NCBI GenBank assembly: GCA_051888155.1
Contig: JBJFAY010000185.1
Coordinates: 1 to 39,767 of the forward strand
Source of the DNA: Alphaproteobacteria bacterium
GTDB taxonomy: Bacteria > Pseudomonadota > Alphaproteobacteria > CAAGCB01 > CAG-977
Reading direction: 5' to 3'
DNA length: 39,767 nt
Shown: in pieces, positions 1 through 10,288 of the stretch
How the letters are laid out: every line of letters begins with the position of its first letter
Position numbering within the stretch: the stretch's first letter is position 1
Translations under genes and position numbers: made by a program
Notes under the pieces: generated by a model
Databases searched by the model: none
The model's input: only the letters and a program-made list of their open reading frames with translations
What the model was told of the DNA's origin: nothing

Positions 1-1
1 T

Positions 2-633
2 AAAATTCCCGAAAACTTTAATTACCCTTATATCTCGAAATCCGTTACGGAATTCTGGCGGCGCTGGCATATTTCTTTGTCAACGTGGTTTAAACGGTAT
101 CTGTATATTCCTTTGGGCGGCAACCGGATATCCAAAGCCAGAACGGCCGTTAATCTGATGATTGTTTTTCTGGTGACCGGTTTTTGGCATGGCGCCAGCT
201 GGAACTTTATTTTGTGGGGATTCTGGCACGGCTGCTTTATTGTTATTGAAAAACTGAGCGGACTGAATACCGAAAAAACGGGAATTCTCAGAAATATTTT
301 GCTGCGGGGATATGCGCTGCTGGCCGTTTTGATCGGCTGGGTGATGTTCAGGGCGGATACTTTGACGGCCGCGGCGGAATACTTGAAAAAAATGTTCGGA
401 TTGATTCCGGATAAATATGCCGCTTTGGATTTGGTTTATTATGTCGACGGGCAGGAATTACTTGCTTTCGCTTTCGCCGCTTTGCTGTCGACGCCGGCGG
501 CGCGGCATTTCTTTGACGTGTCGGGAAAATCCGTCCGGCCGCCGTTCAGATCGTTATGCTGGCTTTGTTTTTGCTTTCATCGGCAATGATTGCCGCCGGA
601 ACGTACAATCCGTTTATTTATTTCCGGTTTTAA
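2..633 (+). CDS. MBOAT family O-acyltransferase (AlgI/DltB-like), 5'-truncated by the window edge, with an apparent -1 frameshift near 523-529
   Basis: Frame +2 reads ENFNYPYISKSVTEFWRRWHISLSTWFKRYLYIPLGGNR...GFWHGASWNFILWG and stops at 589. The family C-terminus GTYNPFIYFRF* lies in frame +1 (stop 631-633). Confidence 0.9.
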
Positions 634-635
634 GA

Positions 636-1748
636 TCAGTTGATCGGAATGATCCGTTCGTATGTTTTGTGTTCATCAACGCCTTGCAATACGATGCCGT
701 CAAAGCCCAGATCCATAATGCTTTTGAAATAAATGCCCAATATGCGTTTCCAGACGGGATTCCAGTAATCGACGATAATGCCCGCCGGGTTTGTTTTTGA
801 TTGAAAACGCAGCCAGACGGGATCTCGCAGTTTCCAGCCGTGTTCCCAGTAAAGTCTGGTGTCTTCGGCGACGGCGACGTTTAAAACGGCAAAAACCAGA
901 CGTCTGGCGCCGATTTTTTTGGCCTGGATTTCTTTAACTTCTTCTTTGGTCAGAGGAATATTGGATTTAAAGAACGGTTCGATAATCAGTAAATCGTAAT
1001 TTGTATCTCCCAGCGCTTTGATCCATAAATCTTTGTCGGTAAAGTTCTTGGTATTGGTCATAATCAGCATATTGCGGACTTTTGCCAACGAATCAATATT
1101 GTTTGGATTTTCCAAAAACAGTTCCGTTTCGGCCGGAATATGGTCAAAGGCGACTTTTTTGTCCGTATCGGCATGGACGGGAATTTTTTTCTTTGCCAAA
1201 GCCAGAACGGCGTTTTTTCGTTCTTTTTCGGAAGCGCAGTGTTCCGAGCCGATAACGGACAAACCGTATTCTTTAACGATTTTTTCAACGGCGGGCGAAA
1301 GCTTGCCCGAACTGCCGCCGCAGATCTGATTTTCCGCCAGCAGTCCGTTGACCGCCATAATATATCTGCGGACGGGCGTTCCCGCCGGCACCGGGTGTTC
1401 CGGAGAAAATAATTTTAACAGGAAACGTTCGTCGTCCGTTTGCGCCCCCGCCATTTCCGCGCGGTGCAAGTCGTCCAAATCGTTTTCCCACTGCCCGCGG
1501 GTCAGCAGATCCTGCCCGCCGTCCAGAATAATCTGAAATTCCGGACGGTTTTCACGCGCATACTGCCCCAGCGCCACAATAACGTCGCGCATCATTTCAC
1601 GATAATTGGGAATATAAGCGGCTTCGACTTTAAAGCGTTCTTCCAGCGGATCAAAATCTTCGGGAATCTGCGGTGATTCCTGCGCGTTTGCCGCGTTCAG
1701 AACGGCAAAAATCAGACTGAGGGCGCAAAAATATGCTCTTTTGATCAT
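636..1748 (-). CDS. Secreted GH114 / MJ1477-TM1410-like glycoside hydrolase fold protein
   Basis: Signal peptide (ANA-QE). Motifs TNYDLLII, AED.RLYW...W and VDYWNPVWK....YFKSIMDLGFDGIVL. Confidence 0.65.
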   Translation of the reverse strand: MIKRAYFCALSLIFAVLNAANAQESPQIPEDFDPLEERFKVEAAYIPNYREMMRDVIVALGQYARENRPEFQIILDGGQDLLTRGQWENDLDDLHRAEMAGAQTDDERFLLKLFSPEHPVPAGTPVRRYIMAVNGLLAENQICGGSSGKLSPAVEKIVKEYGLSVIGSEHCASEKERKNAVLALAKKKIPVHADTDKKVAFDHIPAETELFLENPNNIDSLAKVRNMLIMTNTKNFTDKDLWIKALGDTNYDLLIIEPFFKSNIPLTKEEVKEIQAKKIGARRLVFAVLNVAVAEDTRLYWEHGWKLRDPVWLRFQSKTNPAGIIVDYWNPVWKRILGIYFKSIMDLGFDGIVLQGVDEHKTYERIIPIN

Positions 1749-1837
1749 AAAAGATTACTTTCTTAATGTTTTTTTTCCTTAATTTTAGGTATTCTATTTG
1801 AAATTCATTTGAAATTCATTAACAAAAGAAGGGTAAA

Positions 1838-2818
1838 GTGACTGATAAAACAATATGGGTGCTGGCCGATGACAGAGCCGGCAATACGGCGCAGGCTTTA
1901 GGTACGGCGGAAGCCGCAGGCGCGGAAATCATCGTAAAAAAAGTGCGTTATACCGGGGCGGTTGTTTTGCCCAATGTACTGCGGGGCGCGTCAACCGTGG
2001 GGATTACGCCGGAAACGCTGGCGGAAATCAAAGAACCTTTTCCCGATGTTGCCATCGCCGCCGGCCGCCGCGCCGCGCCTTTGCTGCGCTATATTAAAAA
2101 ACAGTCGGGCGGAAAGACGAAAATCGTTCAGATTATGTTTCCCGGCAATTTCGGGCTGCCCGATTTTGATCTGGTCGTTTTGCCCGGTCATGACGGCTGC
2201 AAGCTGGTTCGTCCGAACATTATGCGCACGACCGGCGCGCCGCACCGCATCACGCCCGAACGGCTGGCCGCGGAAAAGGAAAAATGGGCCGGCGTTTTTG
2301 AAAGCCTGCCCGCGCCGCGCATAGCCCTGATTGTCGGCGGCGCGACAAAAGACAAACCCTTTACCGCCGAAATGGCAAAGGATCTGGCCGCCCGTTCCGT
2401 CGCGCTTTCGCAGGCGCTGGGGGGCGGTTCTTTTCTGGTGACGACGTCCCGGCGCACGGGGGAAGTTCAGGAAAAAATTATCCGCGACGCTTTGCCCGAT
2501 CCGAAATTTTTCTATGGCTGGGGCAACAAGGAAATTGAAAATCCGTACTTCGGTTTTCTGGCTTTGGCCGATCATATCATTGTGACCGGAGATTCCGTTT
2601 CCATGTGTTCGGAAGCCTGCGCCGCCGGCGCGCCGGTTTATATTTATGCGCCGTCGGGAACGGTCGGGAAAAAACACGCTTTGCTGCACCGGGAGTTATA
2701 CGAAAAAGGATACGCCGTCGAATTGACGGAAAATCCCGTCCCCGTCGCGGCCGCCGAGCCTAAACGGCTGAACGCGGCTTGGGACGTGGCGGCCAGAATA
2801 AAGGAAATGATGAAATAA
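1838..2818 (+). CDS. ELM1 (mitochondrial fission ELM1-like) family protein
   Basis: IWVLADDRAGN..QALG, AAGRR, FDLVVLP.HD, TTSRRT, NPYFGFLALADHIIVTGDSVSMCSEA. Confidence 0.88.
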   Translation: MTDKTIWVLADDRAGNTAQALGTAEAAGAEIIVKKVRYTGAVVLPNVLRGASTVGITPETLAEIKEPFPDVAIAAGRRAAPLLRYIKKQSGGKTKIVQIMFPGNFGLPDFDLVVLPGHDGCKLVRPNIMRTTGAPHRITPERLAAEKEKWAGVFESLPAPRIALIVGGATKDKPFTAEMAKDLAARSVALSQALGGGSFLVTTSRRTGEVQEKIIRDALPDPKFFYGWGNKEIENPYFGFLALADHIIVTGDSVSMCSEACAAGAPVYIYAPSGTVGKKHALLHRELYEKGYAVELTENPVPVAAAEPKRLNAAWDVAARIKEMMK

Positions 2819-3579
2819 TGGTTTCTTTTTGTGCCGATATAGACCGCCTGTTCGGCGAAGTGTCTTTTTTGGAACGCTGCAAAGCGGCGAAAGACAACGG
2901 GTTTTCTTCCGTCGAATTTACTTTGCCCGGCGACGTCGGGCTGGGGCGGCTGGGCGACGCCGCGGCGTATAAGGGCTTGAAAGTCATGGTTCTGACAATG
3001 CCGGCCGGTCAGGCGGCGCTGGCGTTTGAAAAAAAATCAAAGCAAAAATTTCTGGCGGCGTTTGACGCTTTGCTTGACACGGCGGATTTTCTGGAATGTA
3101 AAAAAATTTTCATTCCGGGAAAAGTCATTGCGGAAAACGATTTTGACGAAGCGCGCGACGCTTTTGCCGCCGCTTTGCATGCCGCTGGTCCGCGGGCGCG
3201 TCATGCCGGCGTGAAAATTCTGCTGGGGTTTAAAAATCCGACGGAAAATCCGGATTTTTATCCGGCCTCGACTTTGGAAGTCCTGGAACTGCTGGACGAA
3301 TTAAACGATGACAAGGCTTTCGGATATTTGTTTGACGTTTATCAGGCGCAGATGAGCGAAGGCGGGTTGAGCAACACGATCGACGGGCTGATTTCCCTGA
3401 TCGGACATGTCCGCATTGCCGGCGTTCCGGCCGGAGAAGAACCCGATACGGGCGAAATCAATTACGATTATCTGCTGTCTTTGCTGGAAACGCAGGGATA
3501 TCAGGGGCATATCGGTTGTTCTTATACGCCGCGCATGAAAACGACGGACGGGTTAAAGTGGATTAAAAAATATGTTTGA
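2818..3579 (+). CDS. Hydroxypyruvate isomerase (Hyi)-like TIM-barrel protein, catalytic residues degenerate
   Basis: F.A....LF.E..FLER..AA...GF..VEF and EPDTGEINY.Y. Start set to ATG 2818, which overlaps the upstream stop (TAATG). Confidence 0.8.
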   Translation: MVSFCADIDRLFGEVSFLERCKAAKDNGFSSVEFTLPGDVGLGRLGDAAAYKGLKVMVLTMPAGQAALAFEKKSKQKFLAAFDALLDTADFLECKKIFIPGKVIAENDFDEARDAFAAALHAAGPRARHAGVKILLGFKNPTENPDFYPASTLEVLELLDELNDDKAFGYLFDVYQAQMSEGGLSNTIDGLISLIGHVRIAGVPAGEEPDTGEINYDYLLSLLETQGYQGHIGCSYTPRMKTTDGLKWIKKYV

Positions 3580-4348
3580 AGCGCAGACCGCATTTGCTCA
3601 TCAGATAGCCGACGCTTCCGGCGAATTGATCTTGAAGTATTTCCGCCGTCCGACCGACGTCAGCGACAAAGCGGACGCTTCGCCGGTAACGGAAGCGGAT
3701 AAAAGCAGCGAACGCCTGATGCGCAACATGATCGAACGTTATTTTCCCAACGACGGCATTATCGGCGAAGAATACGGCAAAGAAAACGAAAATGCGGAAT
3801 TTGTCTGGGTGCTGGATCCGATCGACGGTACGAAATCGTTTATTGCGGGCGTGCCGTTGTTCGGAACGCTGATTGCTTTGCTGCATAACGGTATCCCCGT
3901 CATGGGGCTGATTAATCAGCCGTATACAAAGGAACGCTGGGTCGGCGTTACAGGGAAACGCACGACGCTGAACGGAACGGCTGTGAATACGCGCCGGTGC
4001 GCCGGTTTGCGGCAGGCTGTTTTGTTTTCGACGGCCGATAAGCAGATGTTTGCAAATCCCGAAGACAAACGGCGCTTTACGACTTTGTACGACCGGGTTA
4101 AAACGGCGCGGTTCAGTACGGATTGTTACGGCTACGGCCTTTTGGCCGCCGGCTGCGGGGATATTGTCTGCGAAGCCGATATGAAACTGTATGATTATGC
4201 GGCTCTGGCGCCGATTGTTGCCGGCGCGGGCGGCGTCATGACAGACTGGGAAGGAGATGATTTGTCCGAAAACAAAAGCGGAGGACATATTCTGGCTCTC
4301 GGAGATCCGCGGCTGCTGCCCGATGTGCTGGAGGTGCTGAACCAGTGA
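3572..4348 (+). CDS. hisN: Histidinol-phosphatase, inositol monophosphatase family
   Basis: KADASPVTEAD, GEEYG, WVLDPIDGTKSFIAG.PLFGTLIAL, DCYGY, YDYAALAPIV.GAGG. Confidence 0.85.
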   Translation: MFEAQTAFAHQIADASGELILKYFRRPTDVSDKADASPVTEADKSSERLMRNMIERYFPNDGIIGEEYGKENENAEFVWVLDPIDGTKSFIAGVPLFGTLIALLHNGIPVMGLINQPYTKERWVGVTGKRTTLNGTAVNTRRCAGLRQAVLFSTADKQMFANPEDKRRFTTLYDRVKTARFSTDCYGYGLLAAGCGDIVCEADMKLYDYAALAPIVAGAGGVMTDWEGDDLSENKSGGHILALGDPRLLPDVLEVLNQ

Positions 4349-6228
4349 AAATATTCCGGCTGCTTTTTTGTTTTATGGTGTTGTCTTTCCCCGCCGCCGC
4401 GCAGTATCAGGCGACGCCGGCCAAAGGAGTCGCCATGCACGGCAATCCCCGTTACGGCTGGAATTTCAAACATTTCGATTATGCCAATCCCGACGCGCCG
4501 AAAGGCGGAACGTTAAAAATGTCGGCTTTCGGCAGTTTTGACACGTTTAATCCGTATACAATCAAAGGAGTGGCGGCCGCCGGAACTGGTATGCTGTTTG
4601 ATACGCTGATGGTTGAATCGGCAGACGAGCCGTTTTCGGAATACGGACTGATTGCCGAAACGATAGAAATGCCCAAAGACAGATCATGGGTTACTTTTAA
4701 TATTAATAAAAAAGCCCGCTTTCACGACGGGACGCCGGTTACGGCGGAAGACGTCGTTTTTTCTTTTGATATTTTGCGGACAAAAGGCCTGCCGATGTTC
4801 AGGTATTATTACGGCAATGTCGATAAAGTCACGGCCGAAAGACCTCTGCGCGTTTTGTTTACGTTCAAACCGGGCGATAACCGCGAACTGCCGTTGATTT
4901 TGGGACAGATGCCCGTTTTTTCAAAAAAATACTGGCAGAACAAAGATTTTTCCGCTACGACGCTGGAACCGCCGGTCGGCAGCGGCCCTTATAAAATCGC
5001 CGGGTTTGAAACGGGGCGTTATATCGTTTATGAACGCGATCCGGATTATTGGGCCAAAGACCTGCCGCCGGTCAGAGGATTTTATAATTTTGATAAAATC
5101 CGTTACGATTATTACCGTGACGCCACCGTCGCCGTTGAAGCTTTTAAATCCGGCGCTTTTGATCTGCGGGTGGAAAACGAAGCGAAAAAATGGGTGTCGG
5201 CGTATGAAGGGTTTTCCGAAAAAAACGGAATGATCAAAAAGAATTTCAACCATTCCCTGCCTTCCGGCATGCAGGGTTTTGTCTTTAACGTTCGCCGGCC
5301 GTTTTTCGCTGACAGACGAGTGCGTCAGGCTTTGGGACTGGCTTTTGATTTTGAATGGTCGAATAAAAATCTGTTTTACGGATTGTATAAAAGAACGCAG
5401 AGCTACTTTGACAATTCGGAGATGGCGGCCAAAGGGCTGCCGCGCGGCGAAGAGCTGAAATTATTAAACAAATACCGCGACCGGCTGGCGCCGGAAGTCT
5501 TTAAACAACCGTTTTCTTTGGAAAAAACGACGGGCGACGGCAATATCCGCCCGCAGTTGGAAAAAGCTTTTAAACTGTTGGAAGAAGCCGGCTGGACGGT
5601 ACAAGACGGCGTATTAAAAAATGAAGCGGGCGAACCTTTCCGATTTGAAATCTTAATTGATTCAGCTTCTTCGTCGGCATGGGAACGCATCGCTTTGCCG
5701 TATATCCGTAATTTGAAACGCCTGGGGATCGAGGCCGTTTTGCGCGCGGTTGATACGACTCAGTATAAAAACCGGACGGATTCGTATGATTACGATATGA
5801 TTGTCAACATCTGGGGACAATCGACGTCGCCCGGCAACGAACAGCGTTATTTCTGGGGATCCGCCGCGGCCGATATGCCCGGATCGCAAAATTATGCGGG
5901 TATAAAAAATCCGGTCGTTGACGAATTGATCGAAGAAATCATCGAAGCGCCGGACCGCAAAAAACTGGTCGCCGCCGTCAAGGCTTTAGACCGCGTTTTA
6001 TTATGGGAACATTATGTCGTTCCGCATTGGTTTGTTCCTTCGGTGCGCCTGGTCTACTGGGATAAATTCGGTTTGCCCGACGATTCCGTTATGAAAGGCG
6101 TCCAATTAATGACTTGGTGGGTTGATCCGCAGAAAGAACAGACGCTGCGTGTTTTGCGCAAAAAAGAAAAAGATAAAGCGCTGGCTGACAAAAAAACAGT
6201 GTTTCAGCGGTTAAAGGAGTGGTTTTAA
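4345..6228 (+). CDS. yejA: Peptide/microcin C ABC transporter substrate-binding protein
   Basis: Signal peptide; HFDYANPDAPKGG, GSFDTFNPY, SPGNEQRYFWGS; yejBEF follow. Confidence 0.92.
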   Translation: MKIFRLLFCFMVLSFPAAAQYQATPAKGVAMHGNPRYGWNFKHFDYANPDAPKGGTLKMSAFGSFDTFNPYTIKGVAAAGTGMLFDTLMVESADEPFSEYGLIAETIEMPKDRSWVTFNINKKARFHDGTPVTAEDVVFSFDILRTKGLPMFRYYYGNVDKVTAERPLRVLFTFKPGDNRELPLILGQMPVFSKKYWQNKDFSATTLEPPVGSGPYKIAGFETGRYIVYERDPDYWAKDLPPVRGFYNFDKIRYDYYRDATVAVEAFKSGAFDLRVENEAKKWVSAYEGFSEKNGMIKKNFNHSLPSGMQGFVFNVRRPFFADRRVRQALGLAFDFEWSNKNLFYGLYKRTQSYFDNSEMAAKGLPRGEELKLLNKYRDRLAPEVFKQPFSLEKTTGDGNIRPQLEKAFKLLEEAGWTVQDGVLKNEAGEPFRFEILIDSASSSAWERIALPYIRNLKRLGIEAVLRAVDTTQYKNRTDSYDYDMIVNIWGQSTSPGNEQRYFWGSAAADMPGSQNYAGIKNPVVDELIEEIIEAPDRKKLVAAVKALDRVLLWEHYVVPHWFVPSVRLVYWDKFGLPDDSVMKGVQLMTWWVDPQKEQTLRVLRKKEKDKALADKKTVFQRLKEWF

Positions 6229-7341
6229 ATGTTTCGGTATTTTTTACGCCGCCTGGCCTTAATTCCTTTGACGTTATTCGGCATCATGGCCGTTAATTTC
6301 CTGTTTGTCCAGCTGGCTCCGGGCGGTCCCGTGGAACAGGTGATCGCAAAATTGCAAGACGGCGCCGGATCGGCCGCGGCTAAGATCGGCGGCGCCGCCG
6401 GAGCGGAAGGCGGCATGGCCGGCGCGCAGGCCGGCCGGCAGAATTATGCCGTTCAGTCGAAATACCGCGGAGCGCAGGGATTGGATCCCGCTTTGATCAA
6501 AGAGCTGGAAGCTCAATTCGGTTTTGATAAACCTTTGCACGTCCGTTTCTTTACCATGATTAAAAATTATCTGTCTTTTGATTTCGGCAAAAGCTTTTAC
6601 CGCGATACGCCCGTAACCCGGTTGATTTGGGAAAAAATGCCCGTTTCCGTTTCTCTGGGAGTCTGGACGACGCTGATTATTTATCTGGTGTCTGTTCCGC
6701 TGGGGATTGTCAAAGCCGTCCGGGACGGATCGAAATTTGACGCGGCGTCCAGCTGGGCGATTATTATCGGTTATGCCGTGCCGGCTTTTTTGTTTGCGAT
6801 GCTGCTGATCGTTTTATTCTGCGGCGGCAGGTATTTCAGCTGGTTTCCTTTGCGCGGGCTGACGTCCGAAAATTGGAATCAAATGGGAACGTTTGATAAA
6901 ATCAAAGATTATTTCTGGCATTTGGTCATGCCGGTCTGCGCCATGGTCGCCGGCGGATTTGCAGGACTGACAATGCTGACGAAAAATTCGTTTATGGAAG
7001 AAATTTCCAAACAATACGTTTTGACTGCCAAAGCCAAAGGCTTGGACAATACGGCGGTTTTATACGGCCATGTGTTCAGAAATGCCATGCTGATCGTTTT
7101 GGCGGGATTTCCGGCCGTTTTGGTCGGTATGCTGTTTACGGGGTCCGTTTTGATCGAAGTGATTTTTTCGTTGGACGGATTGGGGCTGCTGGGATTTGAA
7201 GCCGTCGTTACGCGCGATTATCCCGTTATTTTCGGAACGCTGTATATTTTCGGGTTGATCGGGCTTTTGTTAAATCTGGCGGGCGATATGACGTACCATC
7301 TGGTTGATCCGCGCATTGATTTCGGAGGCCGTCATGAATGA
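6229..7341 (+). CDS. yejB: ABC transporter permease YejB
   Basis: [51 protein letters not shown]. Confidence 0.93.
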   Translation: MFRYFLRRLALIPLTLFGIMAVNFLFVQLAPGGPVEQVIAKLQDGAGSAAAKIGGAAGAEGGMAGAQAGRQNYAVQSKYRGAQGLDPALIKELEAQFGFDKPLHVRFFTMIKNYLSFDFGKSFYRDTPVTRLIWEKMPVSVSLGVWTTLIIYLVSVPLGIVKAVRDGSKFDAASSWAIIIGYAVPAFLFAMLLIVLFCGGRYFSWFPLRGLTSENWNQMGTFDKIKDYFWHLVMPVCAMVAGGFAGLTMLTKNSFMEEISKQYVLTAKAKGLDNTAVLYGHVFRNAMLIVLAGFPAVLVGMLFTGSVLIEVIFSLDGLGLLGFEAVVTRDYPVIFGTLYIFGLIGLLLNLAGDMTYHLVDPRIDFGGRHE

Positions 7342-8350
7342 ACGCACCCGTGAACGCTGGCGGAAATTCAAAGCCAATAAACGCGGTTATTACGCTTTTA
7401 TCCTGTTTTGTTTTATTTTGGTTTTTGTTTCGGCGGCAGATTTCATCGCCAATGATAAACCGCTGGTCGTTCGTTATGACGGACAGTGGTTTTTTCCGAT
7501 TTTAAGGGAATATCCGGAAACGGTTTTCGGAGGCTCTTTTAAAACGGCGGCGGATTTCCGGGATCCCTATGTGCGAAAGAAAATCAATGAAAAGGGATTT
7601 TATGTTATGCCGCCCGTTCCTTACAGTTATGACACGATTAATTATAACCTGCCGTCGCCGGCGCCGTCGGCGCCCGGTTCGGACAACTGGCTGGGAACGG
7701 ACGATTTGGGACGCGACGTTTTGGCGCGGCTGATTTACGGACTGCGTTCTTCTTTGATGTTCGGGTTGATTTTGACGGCGGTTTCTTCGGCAATCGGTAT
7801 TTTTGCCGGCGCCGTACAGGGATATTTCGGCGGAAAAGTCGATTTGTTTGCTCAACGGTTTTTGGAAATATGGGGATCTTTGCCGCAGCTGTTTGTGCTG
7901 ATTATCGTTTCCAGCATTATTGCGCCGGGATTTTGGACGCTGCTGTTTGTTTTGCTGCTGTTTTCATGGACGGCTCTGGTGCCTGTCGTGCGGGCGGAAT
8001 TTTTGCGCGCCCGGAACTTTGATTATGTCAGGGCGGCTTATGCGCTGGGCGTGCCGGACTTTACGATCATTTTTAAACATGTCTTTCCCAACGCCATGGT
8101 GGCGACGCTGACATATCTGCCGTTTATTTTGTCCGGAGCCGTCGTGTCTTTGACGGCGCTGGATTTTCTGGGGTTCGGTTTGCCGCCGGGATCGCCGTCT
8201 TTGGGCGATCTGGTCCGTCAGGGCAAAGAAAATTTACAGGCGCCGTGGCTGGCCGCTTCCGCTTTTGCCGCATTGGCTTTTCTGCTGACCGTTCTGGTCT
8301 TTGTCGGGGAAGCCGTGCGCGACGCTTTTGATCCGAGGAAAAATAAATGA
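7334..8350 (+). CDS. yejE: ABC transporter permease YejE
   Basis: [41 protein letters not shown]. Start set to ATG 7334 after GGAGG. Confidence 0.93.
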   Translation: MNERTRERWRKFKANKRGYYAFILFCFILVFVSAADFIANDKPLVVRYDGQWFFPILREYPETVFGGSFKTAADFRDPYVRKKINEKGFYVMPPVPYSYDTINYNLPSPAPSAPGSDNWLGTDDLGRDVLARLIYGLRSSLMFGLILTAVSSAIGIFAGAVQGYFGGKVDLFAQRFLEIWGSLPQLFVLIIVSSIIAPGFWTLLFVLLLFSWTALVPVVRAEFLRARNFDYVRAAYALGVPDFTIIFKHVFPNAMVATLTYLPFILSGAVVSLTALDFLGFGLPPGSPSLGDLVRQGKENLQAPWLAASAFAALAFLLTVLVFVGEAVRDAFDPRKNK

Positions 8351-9963
8351 CTCTGCTGTCCGTTCAAAATTTAAGCGTGCGTTTCGGGCAAAACCCGCCG
8401 GTGGTCAACGGCGTATCGTTTCAAATTGCAAAAGGCGAAACGCTGGCTTTGGTCGGGGAAAGCGGATCGGGAAAATCGGCGACGGCTTTGTCAATCATGG
8501 GGCTGCTGGATTATCCGTATGCGTCGCATCCGTCCGGATCAATTAAATTTAACGGGCGCGAGCTGATCGGCGCGGACGAATATACTCTGCGCGATTTCCG
8601 CGGCAACCGGGCGGCAATGATTTTTCAAGAGCCGATGACGTCTTTGAATCCGCTGCATACCATAGAAAAACAGGTGGCGGAAACGATGATTCTGCATGCC
8701 GGTCTGACAAAAGACGAAGCGGCGCAGCGGGTACGGGAACTGTTGGATCTGGTCGGCCTGCGCGACGCTGCCCGGCGTTTAAACGCTTTGCCGCATGAAT
8801 TGTCCGGCGGCGAGCGTCAGCGCGTGATGATCGCTATGGCTTTGGCCAATAATCCCGATTTGTTGATTGCCGATGAACCGACGACGGCTTTGGACGTGAC
8901 GATTCAGGCGCAGATATTGAATTTGCTGTCTTCTTTGCAAAAAAGGCTGGGACTGGCCGTTTTGTTTATTTCTCATGATCTGGACGTTGTGGCGCGGGTG
9001 GCTTCGCGCGTCTGCGTGATGAAAGACGGGCAGATTGTCGAAAGCGGAACGGCCGATACGGTTTTAAAAAATCCGGCGCACCCGTATACGAAAATGCTTG
9101 TTTCCTCGAAACCGTCGGGAAAACCCGTGAACTGTGCGAAAAACGCACCCGAACTGCTAAAAGCGGAAAATATACAAGTTTCCTTTGCGCTTAAGAAAAA
9201 CTTTTTCGGCCGGACGCTGTCGGAATTAAACGCGGTGGACGGCGTCACCGTCACAATTAAAGAAGGTCAGGCCGTCGGTTTGGTCGGTGAAAGCGGATCG
9301 GGAAAATCGACGTTGGGATTTTCTTTGCTGAAATTACAAAAATCCGGCGGAAAGATTATTTTTGACGGAGCGGATATCTCTGCCCTGAAAGGGGAAAAAC
9401 TGCGCCGGTTAAGAACGCAAATGCAGATTGTTTTTCAAGATCCTTATTCTTCGCTCAGCCCGCGTCTGACAGTAGAGCAGATTGTCGCGGAAGGCCTGAA
9501 CGTTCACCGCCGCGATCTGAGGGCGGATCAGAAAAAAAAGCTGATAGAGCAGGCGATAACGGACGTCGGTTTGTCAACGGATATCTTAAATCGTTATCCG
9601 AACATGTTTTCTGGCGGCCAGCGCCAGAGGATCGCTTTGGCGCGCGCGCTGGTGCTGCGTCCGCGCCTGATCATTTTGGACGAACCGACCAGCGCTTTGG
9701 ACGTTACCGTTCAGGCGCAGATGATAGAGCTTTTGAAAAATCTGCAAAAACAGTATAAGATAGCCTATCTGTTCATCAGTCATGATATGCGCGTCGTCAA
9801 AGCTTTGGCCGAATATATCTATGTGATGAAGGACGGCCGTATCGTTGAAGCGGGAAAAAATCCCGATTTGTTTGAAATGCCGCGGCAGCCGTATACTCGG
9901 AAATTAATGACTGCGGCGTTTGGTTTTTTAACGGATAAGGAAAAAAATGACACAGGAAAATGA
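8347..9963 (+). CDS. yejF: ABC transporter ATP-binding protein with two ATPase domains
   Basis: Two Walker A motifs (GESGSGKS), signatures LSGGERQR and FSGGQRQR, two DEPT motifs. Confidence 0.93.
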   Translation: MTLLSVQNLSVRFGQNPPVVNGVSFQIAKGETLALVGESGSGKSATALSIMGLLDYPYASHPSGSIKFNGRELIGADEYTLRDFRGNRAAMIFQEPMTSLNPLHTIEKQVAETMILHAGLTKDEAAQRVRELLDLVGLRDAARRLNALPHELSGGERQRVMIAMALANNPDLLIADEPTTALDVTIQAQILNLLSSLQKRLGLAVLFISHDLDVVARVASRVCVMKDGQIVESGTADTVLKNPAHPYTKMLVSSKPSGKPVNCAKNAPELLKAENIQVSFALKKNFFGRTLSELNAVDGVTVTIKEGQAVGLVGESGSGKSTLGFSLLKLQKSGGKIIFDGADISALKGEKLRRLRTQMQIVFQDPYSSLSPRLTVEQIVAEGLNVHRRDLRADQKKKLIEQAITDVGLSTDILNRYPNMFSGGQRQRIALARALVLRPRLIILDEPTSALDVTVQAQMIELLKNLQKQYKIAYLFISHDMRVVKALAEYIYVMKDGRIVEAGKNPDLFEMPRQPYTRKLMTAAFGFLTDKEKNDTGK

Positions 9964-10288
9964 AGATTTGAAAGATACCGTTCTTCAGCGCGTTTTCGGC
10001 GACGAAGCGCTGATGGGCGTCAATGTTGACTTGTCCGTTGTTTTGGGGCGGACGCTTTTGCGGGTTTATCAGCTGCTGAAACTGGGGCGCGGCGCCGTTG
10101 TCGAATTGAATCAGCTGTTAAACGAACCGGTGGAGATTTTGGCAAACGAAATTCCGATTGCCAAAGGAGAAATCATTGTCACGGACGAAGGCTATATCGG
10201 CGTAAAAATTACCGATCTGCTGATTTCCCGCAAAGGATCAGGCGGTTCGCTGATCAGCAAATCGTCGGTCGGATCTTTCGGAAAATAA
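9947..10288 (+). CDS. FliM/FliN (SpoA-domain) family protein
   Basis: VNVDLSVVLGRT.L....LLKLGRGAVVELNQ..NEPVEILAN...IAKGEIIV.....GVKITD. Confidence 0.85.
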   Translation: MTQENEDLKDTVLQRVFGDEALMGVNVDLSVVLGRTLLRVYQLLKLGRGAVVELNQLLNEPVEILANEIPIAKGEIIVTDEGYIGVKITDLLISRKGSGGSLISKSSVGSFGK

